Positions 61,129 to 64,000 of a stretch of DNA of 64,000 bases are shown here, one piece after another. A program made the translations under genes and the position numbers. Position 1 is the stretch's first letter, and the number at the start of each line of letters is the position of its first letter. The stretch covers positions 5,700 through 69,699 of the forward strand of contig CAJUKT010000073.1 in NCBI GenBank assembly GCA_910587255.1. Direction: 5' to 3'. The notes under the pieces were generated by a model. It was not told where the DNA came from. It did no database searches and saw only the letters and a program-made list of their open reading frames with translations. The DNA comes from an uncultured Oscillospiraceae bacterium (lineage in GTDB: Bacteria; Bacillota; Clostridia; Oscillospirales; Oscillospiraceae).

Positions 61129-64000
61129 ATGGCCTTCACCCACTTACATTTACACACAGAATACTCCCTGCTGGACGGCGCCTGCCGCATTGAGCAGCTG
61201 GTCCGGCGGGTGAAGGAGCTGGGCCAGACCGCCGTGGCCATCACCGACCACGGGGTTATGTTCGGCGTGATCGACTTCTACCGGGCCTGTAAGGCGGCGG
61301 GGATCAAGCCTGTCATCGGCTGCGAGGTTTATGTGGCTCCCCGCACCCGGTTTGACCGGGTGCATGAGCTGGATTCCTCTGCCCGGCATCTGGTTTTGCT
61401 GTGCCGCAATGAGGAGGGCTACCGCAATTTAAGCTATATGGTGTCCATGGCCTTCACCGAGGGGTTCTACATCAAGCCCCGGATTGACATGGAGCTGCTG
61501 CGCGCCCACAGCGGCGGCCTCATCGCGCTGTCCGCCTGTCTGGGGGGGGAGATCCCCCGGCGGCTGCGCAACGGCGACTACGAGGGGGCCCGCGCCCACG
61601 CCCTGGAGATGCGGGAACTGTTCGGCGAGGACGGCTATTATCTGGAAATCCAGGACCACCACCTTCCCGAGCAGCAGGCGGTCAATGCGGGCATCCTGCG
61701 ATTGAGCAAGGAGACAGGCATTCCCCTGGCTGCCACCAACGACTGCCACTATCTCACCCGGGAGGACGCCGCCATGCAGGACGTGCTCATGTGCGTCCAG
61801 ACGGGCAAGCTGGTGGAGGACCGGGACCGGATGCGGTTTGAGACCCAGGAGTTCTATGTTAAGAGCGAGGAGGAGATGCGCGCCCTCTTCCCCAACTGCC
61901 CAGAGGCGGTGGACAACACCCAGAAAATCGCGGAGCTTTGCAGCGTGGAGTTTCAGTTCGGCACCTACCATCTGCCTGAGTTCAAGCTCCCCCGGGGGGA
62001 GGCGGACGGCGACGCCTACTTTGAGAAGCTGTGCTGGCAGGGTTTTGAGCGGCGCTACCCGGGGGGCGGCGAGGAGCTGCGCGGCCGGCTTCGCATGGAG
62101 ATGGGGGTCATCCGGCAGATGGGGTTTGTGGACTACTTCCTCATCGTGTCCGATTTCATCGGCTATGCCAAGGAGAACGGCATCCCGGTGGGACCGGGCC
62201 GCGGGTCCGGGGCAGGGTCTATGGTGGCCTACTGCCTGAGGATTACGGATGTAGACCCCATCAAGTACGGCCTGATCTTCGAACGGTTTCTCAACCCCGA
62301 GCGGGTGACTATGCCCGATATTGATATTGATTTCTGCATCCGGCGGCGGCAGGAGGTCATCGACTACGTATCCCGGAAGTACGGCGAGGACCATGTGGTG
62401 CAGATCGTCACCTTCGGCACCATGAAGGCCAAGGCCGCCATCCGCGACGTGGGGCGGGTGCTCAACTTCCCCTATGCCGAGGTGGACAATATCGCCAAGC
62501 AGGTGCCCTTTGATATTAAGATGACCCTGGACAAGGCGCTGGTGCTGTCCTCGGGCCTGCGGGACCTCTACAACGGGGACGAGCGGGTCAAGGAGCTGGT
62601 GGACATGGCCCGGAAGATCGAGGGGATGCCCCGCAACGCCTCCACCCACGCCGCCGGGGTGGTGATCACCAAGCGCCCGGTGTATGAGTACGTCCCCCTG
62701 GCCACCAACGACGGCCAGCCGGTCACCCAGTACACCATGACCACCATTGAGGAGCTGGGCCTGCTGAAAATGGACTTTTTGGGCCTGCGCAACCTGACGG
62801 TGCTGGACGACGCGGTCAAGATGGTTCAAAAGCGGCAGCCCGGTTTCCGGCTGGAAGATATCCCGGATGACGATATGCCGGTTTATCAGATGCTGTCCGA
62901 GGGGAAGACCTCCGGGGTGTTCCAGATGGAATCGGCGGGGATGACAGGGGTGTGCGTGGGCCTCAAGCCCAAGAGCATTGAGGATATCTGCGCCATTATC
63001 GCCCTGTACCGTCCCGGCCCCATGGACTCCATCCCCAAATTTTTGGCCTGCGCCCAGAATCCGGCCCTGGTCACCTACAAGCACCCGGCGCTGGAGCCGA
63101 TTTTGTCCAACACCTATGGCTGTATTGTCTACCAGGAGCAGGTCATTGAGATCTTCCGCAAGCTGGCGGGCTATTCCCTGGGGCAGGCGGACATGGTGCG
63201 CCGGGCCATGAGCAAGAAGAAGGAGAAGGACGTGCAGCGGGAGCGGGAGTCCTTCATCCATGGCGACCCCGTCCGGGGCATCGCCGGATGCCTGGCCGGC
63301 GGCATCCCCGAGGCGGTGGCCCAGTCCATCTACGATGAGATTAACGACTTTGCCCACTACGCCTTCAATAAGTCCCACTCCCTGGCCTATGCCATCGTCG
63401 CCTACCAGACGGCTTGGTTCAAATACCGCCATCCCCGGGAGTATATGGCGGCCCTGCTCACCTCGGTGCTGGACTCCCAGGGCAAGGTGGCGGAGTATAT
63501 CGCCGAGTGCAAGGACGGCGGCATCGCCCTGCTCCCCCCGGATATCAACGAGTCCGGCGCGGCCTTCACGGTGTCGGGGGAGAACATCCGCTTCGGGTTG
63601 GCGGCGCTGAAGGGGGTGGGGGTGGGTTTCACCAGCGCGGTGCTTGCCGAACGGGAGAAGGGAGGGCCCTTTGCGTCCTTCCCCGAGTTCTGCGCCCGGA
63701 TGTTTGACAGCGATCTCAATAAGCGTGTGCTGGACAGCCTGATTCGCTCGGGCTGCTTCGACAGCCTGGGCTGCCGGCGATCCCAGCTGATGAGGGTGTA
63801 TGAATCAGTGGTGGATTCCATCTCCCGCGACCGCAGGAAGAACCTGGAGGGTCAGTTCGACCTGTTCGGCGGGGGCGGAGAGGGGCTGTCCATCCCCACC
63901 GTCATTCTGCCGGATATCCCGGAGTTTTCCCCGGCGGAGCTGATGGCCATGGAGAAGGAGACCACAGGGCTTTACCTGTCCGGCCACCCCATGGACGAGT
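61129..64000 (+). CDS. dnaE: DNA polymerase III alpha subunit, 5' part (runs off the right edge; absent from the ORF track because no stop is reached)
   Basis: MAFTHLHLHTEYSLLDGACRIEQLVRRVKELGQTAVAITDHGVMFG PHP domain. The frame stays open to 64000. AGAGGTGA lies upstream of ATG 61129. Confidence 0.9.
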   Translation, partial: MAFTHLHLHTEYSLLDGACRIEQLVRRVKELGQTAVAITDHGVMFGVIDFYRACKAAGIKPVIGCEVYVAPRTRFDRVHELDSSARHLVLLCRNEEGYRNLSYMVSMAFTEGFYIKPRIDMELLRAHSGGLIALSACLGGEIPRRLRNGDYEGARAHALEMRELFGEDGYYLEIQDHHLPEQQAVNAGILRLSKETGIPLAATNDCHYLTREDAAMQDVLMCVQTGKLVEDRDRMRFETQEFYVKSEEEMRALFPNCPEAVDNTQKIAELCSVEFQFGTYHLPEFKLPRGEADGDAYFEKLCWQGFERRYPGGGEELRGRLRMEMGVIRQMGFVDYFLIVSDFIGYAKENGIPVGPGRGSGAGSMVAYCLRITDVDPIKYGLIFERFLNPERVTMPDIDIDFCIRRRQEVIDYVSRKYGEDHVVQIVTFGTMKAKAAIRDVGRVLNFPYAEVDNIAKQVPFDIKMTLDKALVLSSGLRDLYNGDERVKELVDMARKIEGMPRNASTHAAGVVITKRPVYEYVPLATNDGQPVTQYTMTTIEELGLLKMDFLGLRNLTVLDDAVKMVQKRQPGFRLEDIPDDDMPVYQMLSEGKTSGVFQMESAGMTGVCVGLKPKSIEDICAIIALYRPGPMDSIPKFLACAQNPALVTYKHPALEPILSNTYGCIVYQEQVIEIFRKLAGYSLGQADMVRRAMSKKKEKDVQRERESFIHGDPVRGIAGCLAGGIPEAVAQSIYDEINDFAHYAFNKSHSLAYAIVAYQTAWFKYRHPREYMAALLTSVLDSQGKVAEYIAECKDGGIALLPPDINESGAAFTVSGENIRFGLAALKGVGVGFTSAVLAEREKGGPFASFPEFCARMFDSDLNKRVLDSLIRSGCFDSLGCRRSQLMRVYESVVDSISRDRRKNLEGQFDLFGGGGEGLSIPTVILPDIPEFSPAELMAMEKETTGLYLSGHPMDE

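Overview
This window is a 64-kb chromosomal segment from a high-GC, endospore-forming Firmicute. Hand counts give about 62-65% G+C in coding regions. The gene content suggests Clostridia of the Oscillospiraceae type, but that assignment is inference only. Most of the window is conserved housekeeping DNA.

Housekeeping content, left to right:
- ppdK, glnA, dapF and dapL.
- A complete spoIIIAA-AH sporulation operon with a sigma-E-like promoter.
- The asp23-nusB-xseAB-ispA-dxs-tlyA-nadK-argR-recN block.
- A Tyr T-box leader followed by tyrS.
- nifS-nifU.
- asnB and xth.
- An FMN riboswitch followed by a RibU-like transporter gene.
- murB-rapZ-yvcK-whiA and the 5' part of dnaE.

Accessory or unusual content:
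1. The first ~665 bp are about 35% G+C and carry a ParA N-terminus. They look like the edge of an integrated mobile element that abuts the ppdK stop codon.
2. A ~160-bp MITE-like palindromic element is present in three copies. Each copy is bounded by TAA, and in two copies that TAA is the stop codon of the upstream gene.
3. A second repeat family is present in three copies. It carries a terminator-like hairpin and overlaps the last codons of spoIIIAG, spoIIIAH and whiA.
4. A ~220-nt tRNA-like structured RNA candidate with no family match lies upstream of a GNAT gene.
5. A lower-GC GNAT gene is wedged between the Tyr T-box and tyrS.
6. A SorC/DhaL/DhaK/class-I-aldolase/DUF1097 locus has repeated TGTAAC operator-like boxes.
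7. A split acyl-CoA-dehydratase-activase-related cluster carries an embedded GNAT gene and a trailing DIP1984-family gene.

No rRNA gene, canonical tRNA gene, CRISPR array or transposase gene was seen. All calls come from reading the sequence and the ORF track by eye; no database search was run.
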